The notes: generated by a model from the sequence alone, not told the origin. A stretch of DNA of 63,577 bases, filler included, from Collodictyon triciliatum (GCA_043381765.1; 5 parts of 5 records of this genome joined end to end with filler, not necessarily neighbours in it); one strand, 5' to 3'. Positions 38,371 through 62,216 are shown, counted from the first letter of the whole stretch. Program-made: numbers and translations.

Positions 38371-39867
38371 TTGAATTTTCCTTCCGGGGAGAATCAGTCT
38401 TTGTGGTCAATGTTCACCTCTCTTCGAGGGGTGGGGACACAGGTCTTTATGAAAGATATCAACCCCAAAATCTGAAATCTGAGGCCAATAGATTAGATCA
38501 GGCCGAGGTTGTTCGGTGAGTAAGAGCACGAACGGTTTCTTTTTCTTTTTTTTTTTTTTTTACCCCGCCTCTTTCCTTCATTTACTCCTTTTATTCATAT
38601 GTGGCCCAAATGGAAAAGTTTGTTTCTCGAATTAGACAAAAATCACCATATCTTCTTTTTTTAAAAAAAGAAAAAAAGAATGAACATAATCTTTAAAATC
38701 AACCCATTTAAAAAATTGTAAATATTCATTGTATATTCTACACAACCACCAGGAAATTTGCATCCGATTTGCTTGACGTAAACAATAGAACCCACATTAT
38801 TGTCCTCGGTGATTTTAATGAATTTGAATTCAACTCACCGATGACCACGATTGCAAAAAACCTGACACTTTTATCCCAGGGCAGGACGAAAGAAAACAAG
38901 TAATTCGCTTCATATAAAATTTAAATATAGTTAAGAATATCTTTCTTGGAAAGAAAGCGAAGTAATACAAGCCACAATTCATATTGACTCTCGGTATGAT
39001 ATTTTCAAAGGTATTCGTATAACTATATGGGTATTTCTCAAACAATCGACCATGTGTTTGCCAGTCAAAGTTTATTGCGCCAGATTGACGGCCAATCATT
39101 CTATTACCAATACATCCACGTTAACATCGAATGTATACTATTTTGAATCCACTCTATGTTCCATTCTCCCATCTAAACATCGCAATATTTTTTTTGTAAC
39201 TATACAAGACTTGGACAAATCTCATAGCTCGTTCGGCACTGCTTTCACAGTCTTACAAAAATATTATTTTCGGTTTTAGTCAGCAACAACACCGCTTCTG
39301 ATCATGAGCCTGTCTTTTCTGCGTTCAAGTTCCTGGGAGGGGATGATGATAGAGATAATAGTGATGACTCTGATGATGGAGAGATTCTTGTTATTGGTAG
39401 TTCATACAACTGTTTTGCCTTAAAATAAATATTTTTATCGATTAATTTATTGATTTATTGATTTATTGATTTATTGATTTATTGATTTATTGATTTATTG
39501 ATTTATTGATTTATTGATTTATTGATTTATTGATTTATTGATTTATTGATTTATCGATTTATTGATTTATTGATTTATTGATTTATTGATTTATTGATTT
39601 ATTGATTTATTGATTTATTGATTTATTGTTTTATTGTTTTATTGTTTTATTGTTTTATTGTTTTATTCATTGATTGATTGATTCAGATTTTTTTTTATTT
39701 TATCATTTTATTTTGATTTATTTATTTCTATATACTTTTCTTACAAAATAGGACTGACAATAGTTGCTGTTGGAATCTTTGTTGGGATGGTGAGTATAGG
39801 GCTTCTCAAATATCGACAAGCAAGGCAATCGACTGTCTCAGAGAGAGAACCATTGGTTGTGAACTAG
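38371..39867 (+). CDS. C-terminal part of an extracellular-nuclease-type EEP protein with a single TM helix (largely missed by the ORF track)
   Basis: Spliced: EFSFRGESVFVVNVHLSSRGGDTGLYERYQPQNLKSEANRLDQAEVVR|KFASDLL...IIVLGDFNEFEFNSP...|YSYNYMGISQTIDHVFAS...IHVNIE|FSNNTASDHEPV...|GLTIVAVGIFVGMVSIGLLKYRQ...EREPLVVN*. Confidence 0.85.
39445..39625 (+). repeat. (ATTTATTG)n 8-bp intronic tandem repeat
   Basis: Direct reading. Confidence 0.95.
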
Positions 39868-40080
39868 GCAATCCTATCGATTCGTGGCTCCAAGTGACTT
39901 ACCCCCATAAAATCCTTATCTTTTTGTCCTGGAGACACTCTATACCCAAAGTAAAACTCTGACCGGCTCCTGCCTCTGTTCCCATTCATCATTCATGACC
40001 GAAAGCATGCGTTTATCTCTTTTGTTAATAATACTGTTGTTACCCGTTTTCTCTTCTTTTTTTTTTCTCTCTCTCTCTCC

Positions 40081-40141
40081 ATTTTCCTATTTATTCTCCT
40101 TTTTTGTTTCCTTTATTCGATTCAATTTTCCTATTTATTCT
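40081..40141 (-). mobile_element. Micro-retroinsertion (27 nt) with perfect 17-bp TSD
   Basis: ATTTTCCTATTTATTCT [CCTTTTTTGTTTCCTTTATTCGATTCA] ATTTTCCTATTTATTCT. Confidence 0.85.
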
Positions 40142-42020
40142 TATTCCTTCCAGCCAGTGAAAGTTGGAGTTGTTGTAGACTTGGTTCGCTAGCATTCTTT
40201 TGCATAGAGGCCACTTGGGGGCTGCGCGGCGCAAGGTAGTCCCCAGCAATCCCGGGTTGCGTCCTGTGGTTTGACCGACAGTCTGGCTCTTGCGCTTATG
40301 ACCATATCAGTATTGACATCATTTATATGTTAATTTCTAAATGATATCAGGTGTGCAAAGCCGAGAAAGCCAGCCACCTTGCCGGCCTATCTCCACCTGC
40401 CTCTTCACATAAGGTCTGAGTGAACGTGAATGTATTACGGGCGCGGGAATCGGTCAAGTGATAAGACTTCATGTTGTCAACGAATTGTGGGCTGAAAGGC
40501 ACATACAGTCGTTCATCACTAAGCCTTAAGACTGGAGTTGCAGAGGGAATATGTTGGAGTAATTGGGTCAGGCTACCATGTCGCCTCTTCGAATGTCTAT
40601 CGCGGTTTTAAGAAACTCTGCTATGTTCGGTCTTATCGTGGTCTGTCGCTTCCAACTAGGTTGAGTATCGTGATTATTCACTCTGCAAGACTGGGGTTCT
40701 CCACAGCTGGATGTGCTGCGGAACAGGAAGGAGTAAAGGTTGGACATGGTTTATTTGGGGTAGGAGAGGGACCCCGCAGCATGAGAAGCAGATAGGTGAT
40801 GTAGCTCTGAGTCAGGATACGAGGCATCCTACCAGTCAGTTAGGGCAGACTCTGCAGGTGTGTGTATTATGTTAAGTAAGGTGGCAGAGGGATACTTCGG
40901 CGGAGTGGGGCAGAGTGGAAGGTGTGACATGTTTCTGTGTGTCAGACGAACGAGAGTGTGTTCTTCAGGGTGAATCAGAAGTTGTTTTTCCGATATTCTG
41001 TTTGTCATCAGCCACTAGGGACAGCGTAAAATGGATGATAAAGTATGTGAATTGGGTTGAGGACGGCAGCGGATGTGCATACGTTTGCTTGGTCGTGGAG
41101 GCGTCTCTTTTGCAGCGGATTCACACTATGCGGACTTCTTGAGCGATTTTTGTGTCGAACTATGCATTAGTGTGATTGACAGATTGAATGCAATGGTTTG
41201 TGCTTCGTTTATAAAGGACATTTTGAACAGACCACACTATGGGGAATTAGACCACAACTGAGTGAGTGGGAAAAATTATGTTCCTAGTTCAATTTCCAGA
41301 ATTGATAATTGTCGATACTGCATTTGTGGAATATACTTTTGTACTGTTATTTTATGATAGAGATTCATTGAAATAATACTTTATATATGTAATAATTAAA
41401 TCAATATACAATATTACATATGTACCTGTATATGATTGAATTTCGTGAAACCATGTTTAAGATTCTAACGTCTGTTGCATTGTGTCCCCTCCGCCCCTTG
41501 GATAGCGATTTAGAGCATCCAAATAAGGACCACAGTTTAACTAAATGTGGATTTTATAGCCTGACATTGCTGCGATCAAAAGAGCGGTAGTTTTTCATTG
41601 AATCTGGCTTTGTCAGACATTGTTCCCTCTGGTGGGTTCGGCTGCTTCATACACTATTTTTTTCGTCATTTCGTCCATTTTCTCACATTTTCTCGCGTTT
41701 ACTATTTGTATTTTTACTATTTTTATTTTTATTATTATTATTAATATCATTATTCTTCCGTTCAATTTTGCGCAGGATTGTAGAGTTTTTTTTTTGTTTT
41801 TGTTTTTGTTTCTTTTATTATCATATTTAATAATAATAATAATATTATTATTATTCATCCGTGTCTTTTTCTTTTTTTCTTTCTCTTTTGTATATTTCAA
41901 TGTCCATCTTTTCTTTTCTTTTTCTTGCCAATCCGTTGCGACAACTGCATTCAACTAAACCCAACTGTCAAACACCAAACAGAACACAGACACACTTCCA
42001 GGCGATCTCAACTTACTTGG

Positions 42021-42510
42021 ATGGATCCACGACTCTTTACCCGCCGCGAGTCTCAGTCCCAGTCTCAGTCTCAGTCTCAGTCTCAGTCTCAGTCTCAGTC
42101 TCAGTCTCATCCGGAGTCAAAAACTGGGACGTCTCCACAAAGCGTCCCACGGACGGAGCGTAAATCCTCCGGACGCCCACCTTCGTCGTCTCATCATTCT
42201 TTGTCTGATTCACGGGCGACGCCAAAAGACTCGCTCGTCTTCGAGAATCTTGTGGACAAGGAAAGCGTGGCTCTGCTTCAGCCGTCAGAACAGCTCATTC
42301 TCGATCTGCAGGCTTCTTTGCGTGAGTATTTGAGTCCCTTTGGTTCTTCTATCTGCTCCATGCCATGTTTGTGTCATGAGCTCTGTGAATGACATATGTA
42401 ATCTCTTGCAAGACTTAAATAAAGATGGTCTTTTATTCATTGAATTGTATGTTCAGGTTATTTATACGATTACTTACACATTGATCATTATCATTGTTAA
42501 TTGTTATTGC

Positions 42511-42547
<37 letters not shown>

Positions 42548-42604
42548 GGCATAACCTCGCTACACTTTGAATCGAATAAAGGAAAAAAATTATTATCTTT
42601 ATTG

Positions 42605-42659
<55 letters not shown>

Positions 42660-43215
42660 GATTTTACTACATTTCCCCCTTTGATTAGTTAATGTCATAT
42701 TGATAGACAGATAGAAAGAAAGATAGATGGAAAGAATAGCTAATAAATAGATTTAAATGGACATAGCGTTAAATGTCAACAGATTTGAGGCAATCCACGG
42801 TAGTTTACAGACACTGTCATCCCGCACTGAAGAAACCCTGCAAAAGATTCAACGGCAGCAAAAACAAGATATAGCCAATCGCTTGCTGACTTCCTCCTCC
42901 TTGTCGTCTCCAAGGCTTCCTCCAAAGAGAGGAACATCCTTCTCTCATCTGAAAGCCACTGCAGATATGCTGAAAATGAAGCCAACGCCTCCCACCAATC
43001 CGCCTCCAGCCAGTGCTCGAGTCGCCTCCTTAAGTTCATCACTGAATCCCTCGTCTGCTCGCGCTTCTGGTAAAACAATAGAGTCCACATGAATAATATT
43101 ATAATCGTTTTTTTCATATCTTAAATATTTCGTTGTATTTGACTGATTTCATGCACTGCATCAACTGTTCCTTCATATTTCATTGCGAAAAATAAAGTGG
43201 ATCAGGGGGTTTTTC

Positions 43216-43285
<70 letters not shown>

Positions 43286-44834
43286 ATCTTTGAATCGAAT
43301 AAAGGAAAAAAAATTATTATTATTAATATCCACAATCATACCCATAGAAAACAATACTGCAAACTGGTTTATATTTTTCTCTTATAGCGTTCTTGACGGA
43401 GGTAGCACTTCCAGAAAAAATGGACGTTGCAAAAGCAAATGACTGCGACCGTGATATCGAAGTGCGCTTTAATTATGAATTAATCGATATATTAGCACCG
43501 CGATACATGTTCTCTCATTCTCTACTTAGCGAACGTGCTGATGATATTAACAATAGCATCAATATTAATGATGATACTTATGATAATGGTAGCAAATAAT
43601 TGCATAAACAAAACAAAAGAAAAGAAAAGAAAAGAAAAGAAAAGAAAAGAAAAGAAAAGAAAAGAAAAGAAAAGAAAAGAAAAGAAAAGAAAAGAAAAGA
43701 AAAGAAAAGAAAAAACAAAACAAGTGAAAAATAGATTTGCATACACTCTGCAAAATAATAATATTATCTTCTATTATGCGTTGTCTAACGTGGTAATGTC
43801 ACAGAAATCAAAGTATCCTGGATTTATGTCCTCAGGTGTGAACCCCTTGCCCTATCCAGACGAACTTGTTCCGGTAGGGCTTGTCTCAAATCATACAATA
43901 TATTTATGATAATATATCACAACTTGTCTAATTTTTGCGTATGACAGCCCGAATTTAAATACTTTCCCTCCCAATATATCAATTGCCTCCTGGTATTTAC
44001 TCATTTAGGTTCTAGAATCACTTGCTTCAATGAATTCCTTTTCTGTACGTAGTATCTATTTGCGTATTTGCCTCGAGTCATGGATTTTTCTTTCACTACT
44101 ACATACAATAACATATTGTAGATGTAACATATCAACTAAGAAACAAAATATTCAGAACACCCGAATCCGAGCGGCTTGGATAGAATTAATTATGTCAAAG
44201 CAAACAACCAACATTATACATGATTTATTCTGGTGGATGATGTGTCATATGTATCAAGTATGTTATTGTGTTTTTCAGCTCACTCACAAAATCATCGACT
44301 CGAGCTTTTAGGCTTTTCTTTTGTTGTTGCGTATTTTTAATATTTTTTATCATACCATATTTTTTAAAATATGATATTCTTTCATTTAGCACGATAAAGA
44401 AGCACAAGAAAATATGTTTTCGAGGATATCAGCAAATTTTGTCTCTATCTTTCTTAGAACAGATCCAAAGTGGAAAGACGATCTTCTATCAGTATGAAAA
44501 GAATCTAAAATGACTAATGTCGATATAAATCGCAACTTCAAACCTTTTGTTATGTATTACTCACAGGGAATAATACTACCCGAATATAATTCCCTTGTAG
44601 AAATATCACGAGGGAGTGGCATATGCTTTGTACAAAATATTTATTATGACATACACAAAATCTGCTCGACACTTTGGGGATGAATTCAAGCAACAAATAT
44701 GCAACGTAGTTTACGAGTGGTTTACCGGTCTTTCTTTTTTATAATCATCATCATCATCATCATCATCATCATTTTTTTGTACTCTTGAACGTGCGCGTAT
44801 TTCGATTTCAAAGCGCGATTTGTTGATTACTCTC

Positions 44835-44906
<72 letters not shown>

Positions 44907-45816
44907 TTCTTCTTCTTCTTTTTCTTGTTCTTCTAAAGCAGCTATCTTCCCAAATAGGTCTGAAGCCAACTTCTGAAGTGTGGCAATCATGGGACAGTCC
45001 TGTTTCCAAGACGCAAACATCCGATGACCAGAGTATCATGACGCTCGATAGACGCTCGTCTATCGCAAACGCACGACCGTCGTCATCTGGTTCTTTTCCT
45101 GATGATTCAACAGACCCAAAACTCCCAAGACTTCCTCGTGTTCCAAAACTGAAATTAAACAAAGTGGAGGTTAACCAACTTAAGATAATTATTAACAATA
45201 TTATTTTACAACCCTTCTTTTTATATAAATATAATTCCCCCCCTCCCCCCCTTTATTCGATTCAAGGGAAGGAAGGGGTATATCCCTTCTTTTTTTAATT
45301 TTAATTTTTTTTGTTGTTGTTGGTAATATTGTGTATTTTACAGCTTTTTACATCATTTCAAGAATTGCAGCATTAGTTGCCCTATTGTATCCACTATTTT
45401 GCTGTTCTAGTGTATTATTATATCTTTTAAGTGTATTTTGACTATGTCTATTTTTTTTTTTTTTTACATAAAGTCTTTTCTGTGGTGCTTCTTTTCTGTC
45501 TACGAGCACAAACATAAATATCTACAACGATAGCAATCACTGTGGCTTATGATCCAGTGCATTTTTAGTATTATGGTACCAACTATCATCGCTTCTAGTC
45601 AAATATCATACCGACCGATGGAGGCCAATCGAGCTCTCGCCGTCTCCGGGTCATGTTTGATTTGTACGGGCACTCGCCTCTAGTCAACTACTATTTGAGC
45701 AAAGTTTGCAGGTGCATTTCATAAAGCATTGATTTCTTTTTCTTTTCTTTCTTTCTTTCTTTCTTTCTTTTTTATTCTTCCTTTCACTTTTGTGCAGGAT
45801 GGTGAAGATGTTGGCT

Positions 45817-45864
<48 letters not shown>

Positions 45865-46616
45865 TCCTTCTTTCTTTTTTTTCTTTCTCTATGAGGCAAC
45901 ATTTGTAAAAGTCTCATTTGATTTAGATGTGTTCATTTGCTTAAGATTCAAAGAGATACACATACTCATCAATGAACCTTTCATATTTTCGCCTGGTTTC
46001 CTGCACGACGGATTAGGAAAGATCAATCAACTCAACGATCGTTCTTCGTCTACAGAACAGAATATAACACAGAGCCGTAAATAAATAAATAAATAATACA
46101 TTTTCAAATAAATCTCAATGACCTTGAATAAAAGAAAGAAACACACACGTAAATTTAATTGATATTCTGCCCACCATCCATTCTATCATATATAAATATA
46201 TAAGTTAATTGTATCAACTGAAATAATGCCGGTCCCAATCGGACACTTTGCAGTCCGTCCGGGAGAGTCACATACCGACAGTTCACGGAGCGCAGCACCA
46301 GTGTGAACCAGCGAGTCTACCAATCGTACACGAAGGCCCGCAACGAGCTGGAAAGAGAGAAAGTACGGATTCGAAAAGAAGGTGTCCTGGAAAAGAGGTA
46401 TAATGTTTTATACACGCACGAGTTGAAATCAACTTCATGCATTCCATATGCATTTTTTTTTATTCGTTTTGTTGTCCATAAAATAAATCATCATGGATAC
46501 TTTGCACATGTTATGAAATGAGAGTAAATTCTGAAAGAAAAAAAAGGAAAAGAAAAAGAAAAATTACCAATAATCGAAATAAAAATAAAATTTCTTTGGA
46601 AAGCCGAGAGGAAGAA

Positions 46617-46679
<63 letters not shown>

Positions 46680-46958
46680 ATATTCCCATGGAAAAAATAA
46701 AATGGCGAACCCAAGATATGACGGACGGTATTCCTATGACTTTCATCCATGGTTCTAACTGCACAATCGCAACCCAACACGATTGCACTCAGGTACCTGG
46801 AAAAAGAAATGAAGGAGGTTCTTCGTAGGCAGCGTGATTTGCATCACTACAGCGATCAGCTGCTGCACATCCATCAGGCCGAGAGCGACGAAGTCCCCGA
46901 AGTGATTCAGGACCCACGAGCGCCCGACGAGCGCAACTCCTCGTTCGAGAAGAAATGA
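42021..46958 (+). CDS. FAM227-like protein (FWWh domain), multi-exon
   Basis: IRAAWIELIMSKQTTNIIHDLFWWMMCHMYQ|...ENMFSRISANFVSIFL...KDDLL...EGVAYALYKIF...HFGDEFKQQICNVVYEWFTG, and later RVMFDLYGHSPLVNYYL; recalled similarity to FAM227A/B. Confidence 0.75.
42547..42589 (+). mobile_element. Micro-retroinsertion (43 nt) inside a (TAT)n tract
   Basis: TGGCATAACCTCGCTACACTTTGAATCGAATAAAGGAAAAAAA, identical to the reverse complement of the 31652-31700 core. The TSD is obscured by the microsatellite. Confidence 0.85.
43271..43330 (+). mobile_element. Micro-retroinsertion (24 nt) with 18-bp TSD
   Basis: ATTATTATTATTAATATC [TTTGAATCGAATAAAGGAAAAAAA] ATTATTATTATTAATATC. Confidence 0.85.
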
Positions 46959-47514
46959 AGGCCTGCCAAACCTGCTTGTGCAACGTGTTGTGCTGTCGAT
47001 TTGGCGATTGATTCCTGATGGCCAGCATCAAATATGAACCACAATGGAGAAGGGTTCTTTCTTTCTTTCTTTCTTGTTGTTATTCTAAAGTGATCATCTT
47101 CATCTGGTTCCAAAATTGATGAATGGCTCTCTTATTTATGTTCCTATCTTTCTGGGTCTTTTCTTTCCTGTCCAAAAGCTTGGTGTGAAGTGAAAATCAA
47201 CTGCAACAAAAGCATTTGGTTACGTAATCAAGATGTACATATAAACTGCATCCACCTTGGAAATTTTATAAATCTCTTTTCTTTTTGTTCTATATACTTA
47301 CACACACAATAATAATGATAATAATAAATTAAATTAAATTAAATTAAATAGTAAATTGTTTATACATGAGCCTTTCCCTAATAGAACACATATAATCATT
47401 TTTGAATCATTTTCTATCTAAAGTACCACGTAAATAAAACAAAACAATTTTTCTTGGACGACAGGAAAACTCCTCATTTAATGAGAGAAAGTGTCTTGAT
47501 TTTGACGGCCGACT

Positions 47515-50500
47515 TCATTTTGCAGATGAGACAGGAATTTGGTTCCATCTGTTGAGCGCAAAGTCGATCCACGGGCGAACGAGAGAGTCTTTCGAAACCA
47601 TGTAATTGGAGGAAAACAGCAGCAGAACTAAATAAATAAGTCAAAAAAATAATAGATTAAAAGGAATGATTTGTATTAAAAGGATGCATTTGCATTTCGG
47701 AATGATACACGATGTGAAAGGTAGGTATATATAGTTTTTTTTTTATTATTGTAATATATGACACACCACATATCGACCAAAGTACTTGAGCAGGCAGGAG
47801 CTTAATTGTGATTAAAGCCAGTGATGATGCCACCAAGTAGACTTGTGTTGTGAATGAATCTTTCCATGTAATGATGCTATGAATGAATGAATGAATGAAT
47901 GAATGAATTTAAATCATAAAAGTATATCCATGCACCAGTACTTAAATTTTTTTTATTCTGGTTAAAGTATATAGCAGTTTAGTTTTTCTTTTCATGCTTC
48001 AAATATTGATTAACATATCCAAAACTTAATCAATATATTACACAAATTATTTTTAGAATATAGCTCCCTGTCACAGCGAAAAGAGAAGAAAAGCGATGCA
48101 AACCTTTTGATCTTTCCTGCAAACTGGTTGCTCGTCTTTGTACTGGATTCAATCAAACGAAGCACAGAAAATATGGAAGCCGAGTTTGTGTATTTCTGCT
48201 CAATTTCTTCGGTAGAAGAGACATGAATGTCAGGCTCGGAACCCTTGCGTCCGTCGCCCAAGTCGATAGATTTCTTAATGAAGCGAGAGATATCAGCAAT
48301 CAAAACACTTTTTTTTTTGGTTCAGAGAGTAGAGAACAGAGAACAGAGAACAGAGAACAGAAAACAGAAAACAGAAAACAGAAAACAGAAAACAGAAAAC
48401 AGAAAACAGAAAACAGAAAACAGAAAACAGAAAACAGAAAACAGAAAACAGAGAGGGGATAGGACAAGGAAGAAGTATTGGAAACAAACGGAGACAAAAA
48501 ACTTATGCAATGTCACGAGGAATGAAAAAACTATTACCCGTTGACCTGACGATGGAGAGGGTCTCACGGTTGGAGAATTCATCGGAGTTCTATTTATTTT
48601 GGACATAATTCCAAAAGCAGGTGCAATAAAGAACGACACAACGTTGCAAGCCACAAAGAAGTAGTACCAGTGCGAAACAACATCGATATACACGAAGAAC
48701 AAGCACGCCTAATACAATGATAGTAATCAATGTCATTTTTGTCTTATAATTACGAGTCATTTCTACGTGAGAATAGTGCCGCCATTATTCTAAAAAAGAA
48801 GAAAAAGAGAGCCACCATACAATCAACGCAAGTATCGAGGCAGAGCGATTTTTCCAGGACAAAACGTCTTTGAAAAACTCAAATGCAGTCTGAGCAGGCC
48901 TTGCGTATCGAATCGTTGTTGTTAAGTTGTCCACAAAGCTATGATATTCAAAAGGCTGATAGGTAGACGGAACAGGAGGCTCCTCTGCATCCCCGTAGAT
49001 ATATGAGGGGATTTTCTCATACTATGTGTTATTTTATATTCTCATTATTACTTCACTTCCAATATTCGTAAAGAAAAGTACATAATACACGCAAGTGCTA
49101 TTAAATTATCATACAAATAAACTTACCACGGATATTAATTTTTCGATAGCATTACTTGATATCGCATCGATTAAAGTTTGTCGATACAAGTGATTTGAGC
49201 ATGTCATCAAGAAGTCCTGAAAGCACACGCCAAATTATTTAAATACGCTTGCCTGATTTATGACCAAGTCACAAGAGAAGAAATGTGCATAAAGTTAAAA
49301 GTCCACAATATGAAGAGAAAACCAATTTGAGTTTGAATGCAATACGAACTGCAGGCTTGTTGTGAACTCCACGAAGAGCACGAGATAAGTGGATGTTGTG
49401 CAAAATAATCGATTTTAGGGGGTCCCCGATGAATTTTTCGTGCTGCAAGTGTTCTATCATATCTTTAATGCAATCATACCACGTATCAGACCCCTGCGTT
49501 TCAATTTAGAGAGGATAAACATTTATGCCGGGTGTTAAGTAGAAATATTGCATTAGCTCGAGGAATCATTCGCTATTGGACTGATGTAATATTTTCTTTT
49601 CGAAAATAAATCAAAGTATTTCAATATTGGATTTTTAGATACATGGTATCATGCTTACTTCGTAAAAGGTAAAAGTAATAGGCTTCGCCGAGGCACCATC
49701 ACCAAATATCTCTATCATGTTTTCAGTTCGTGACACACCAGTGCGCTTCTTCATGATATTTGATACTGCGGAGAGCGGAATGAGTTTCTGCTGGTTTAAA
49801 GCCTGTTGGTGCCGAGTTTAGAAGAAAAAGCCAGTTTGAATATCTTGCAATAAACAACTATGGTAAAAAAAATAATTGCGATATAATATATTCCTGATCA
49901 GTAAAGCGCAATTATGTCATGTAAATTTTGTCGGAAAGGAATTACGGGGCTTTCGAAGTAAAGGTAGTTTGTAGACAAGAATAACGACCCAGCAGGCCCT
50001 ATACCATCATCAGCATTACTGATGACAAAAGGGTTGTATTCCAGAAGCATTTCATCCTTTCCTGTAACATAATAAGATTAGGATATGCAAAGTTTTAAAA
50101 ATTCTAATATTTTTTCCCGTTAGTTATATAAAGTTTTTAAATTTTAATACCAAGTTCTAAGCGAGCTTTGGAATCTTCCCACTTTGGATTCGGCTCGTAT
50201 ACTTTCTTCAGGGAATGGATGAATTCGTAAAATAAGCTTACGGAGATAAATCCAGACCCATTCGCATCAAGATAATCGAACAAGCTAACGTATGATGTAT
50301 AAATGAAAATCAACTTAATGATGGAGGAAAAAAAAAAGGTTTATTGGCTGCTCTTTGAGGTGATTGTTAAGATGAGATATTTAAAGGGATAGTAGTGGGT
50401 TTCTTTTCGTGTCACAATTCAGTTGATAAGGTATTTAATAAATAAAGAGGAATAAATCTAATAAATAATTTAGATTACATTGGTGCGACATAAGGATCGA

Positions 50501-50661
50501 CAATTCCCAAAGGGGCAGCATAACGAACAAACTTTTTCTTTAATATGATTTGATTATCCTCCTCTAATAGACGAACAGCTATCTGGGTATTTTCAAACAG
50601 GAAATATCCGACTTCCTTCTCAACGACACAAGAAATAAGGTATTCGTCAAGGGTTACCTTG
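47515..50661 (-). CDS. EF-hand + GRAM/PH-like domain membrane protein (GRAMD4/MCTP-like C-terminus), 5' end missing
   Basis: LFDYLDANGSGFIS (EF-hand-like loop); GPAGSLFLSTNYLYFES...KLIPLSAVSNIMKK (GRAM-like); FFKDVLSWKNRSAS plus hydrophobic hairpin; KIK|SIITWKDSFTTQVYL...WNQIPVSSAK*. Confidence 0.65.
48331..48451 (+). repeat. (AGAAAAC)n 7-bp intronic tandem repeat
   Basis: Direct reading. Confidence 0.95.
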
Positions 50662-50756
50662 CTAATTGATATACCAATCGACAATTGTTATAATATACTT
50701 TTCTTATTATTTCATTCTCTTAAAAAATGAAGTAAAATACGCAAATGTTCACCAGC

Positions 50757-50852
<96 letters not shown>

Positions 50853-51011
50853 NNNNNNNNNNNNNNNNNNNNNNNNNNNNNNNNNNNNNNNNNNNNTTAA
50901 TTAATTAANNNNNNNNNNNNNNNNNNNNNNNNNNNNNNNNNNNNNNNNNNNNCCCCCCCCCCCCCCCCCCCCTTTTTTTTTTTTTTTTTTTTCCTTCCGT
51001 TTCTGAGCCAT

Positions 51012-51025
51012 GTACCACGTGGTAC
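51012..51025. promoter_or_regulatory. Perfect 14-bp palindrome with E-box core about 100 nt upstream of the ABCA start
   Basis: GTACCACGTGGTAC; regulatory function is inferred from position only. Confidence 0.3.
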
Positions 51026-51124
51026 CATTTGCCCGGAAAAATTGATACATAGCCATTTATTGGGATGCTCTGAAGTGTTTATTCCCCTTTTACAAGTGAC
51101 ATTACCCTCGACACTAGGTGACTT

Positions 51125-61369
<10,245 letters not shown>

Positions 61370-61469
61370 CACGCGACCCAACCCAACCACGGAAAGCCAA
61401 GGGGGAAGGGGGAAAATAAAGACGACAGATGACAGGTGTTTATGGAGAAGATACCAAACAAGGGATGTG

Positions 61470-62216
61470 CTAGCAGGGGGCGAAGGCGGCGCGCTCGATG
61501 GCGTCCCAGGCAGCGCGCCACTCCGGGTCGGCAGGGACGGCGCAGAAGCGGATGCGGCAGAGGAAGCGCAGCTCGAGGCGGTTGAGGACGGCGAGGGGCA
61601 GGGCGGCGACGTGGGCGAAGGCGCGGTTGTTGTAGGGCGTGTCCTGCAGCGTCTTGCAGGCGACGAGGACGGCGGCCACGGCATACTTGTCCAGCGTGGC
61701 GGGGCGCAGGGAGGCGCGCAGGCGCTGCAGGTAGACGAGCGCAAGGACCAGCTCGTGCGCCCCGCACTTGTCCAGCGCGTGGCACCGCCGCAGGAACTCG
61801 TGCAGCTCCAGCGCGGGCGGCCCGTTTGTGCGCCCGAAGGCCGACCCGGATGATGACGATGATGGTGATGATGATGGTGATGACGACGACGATAAGGATA
61901 AGGATGACAGCCGCAGGCGCTGCCACAGCCGCCCCAGCGAGGAGGAGCGAGAGGCGGAGCGGCACAGTCCGTGCGCAGCTGCCCCGAACGCCCGGAAGGC
62001 GACGGCGTTGGCTTTGCTGGCGTAGACGCGGCTGCTCATGGCCAGGGCGCTCTCGTCCGTCCGCACCCCGCTCACCGCCTCCAGTCGCGGCACAGAGTGG
62101 ACGTCCGGGCGTGCTGAGCGCAGCGCTTCTGCTTCTGCTTCTGCCTCTGCCTCTGCCTCTGCTACTTTGCTCTGTGGTTTGTGGGTGGCTTTGGCGGGCT
62201 GGTTGTGCGGGTCCAT
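61470..62216 (-). CDS. PHO80/Pcl-type (cyclin-U/CNPPD1-like) cyclin, intronless, GC-rich
   Basis: LHEFLRRC...LVLALVYLQRL...AAVLVACKTLQDTPYNNRAFAHVAALPLAVLNRLELRFLCRIRF matches the PHO80-family cyclin box. Confidence 0.85.
   Translation of the reverse strand: MDPHNQPAKATHKPQSKVAEAEAEAEAEAEALRSARPDVHSVPRLEAVSGVRTDESALAMSSRVYASKANAVAFRAFGAAAHGLCRSASRSSSLGRLWQRLRLSSLSLSSSSSPSSSPSSSSSGSAFGRTNGPPALELHEFLRRCHALDKCGAHELVLALVYLQRLRASLRPATLDKYAVAAVLVACKTLQDTPYNNRAFAHVAALPLAVLNRLELRFLCRIRFCAVPADPEWRAAWDAIERAAFAPC

Noticed and set aside
17348-39867. Three-gene EEP nuclease cluster
   Set aside because: The third gene is on a different scaffold and belongs to a different subfamily.
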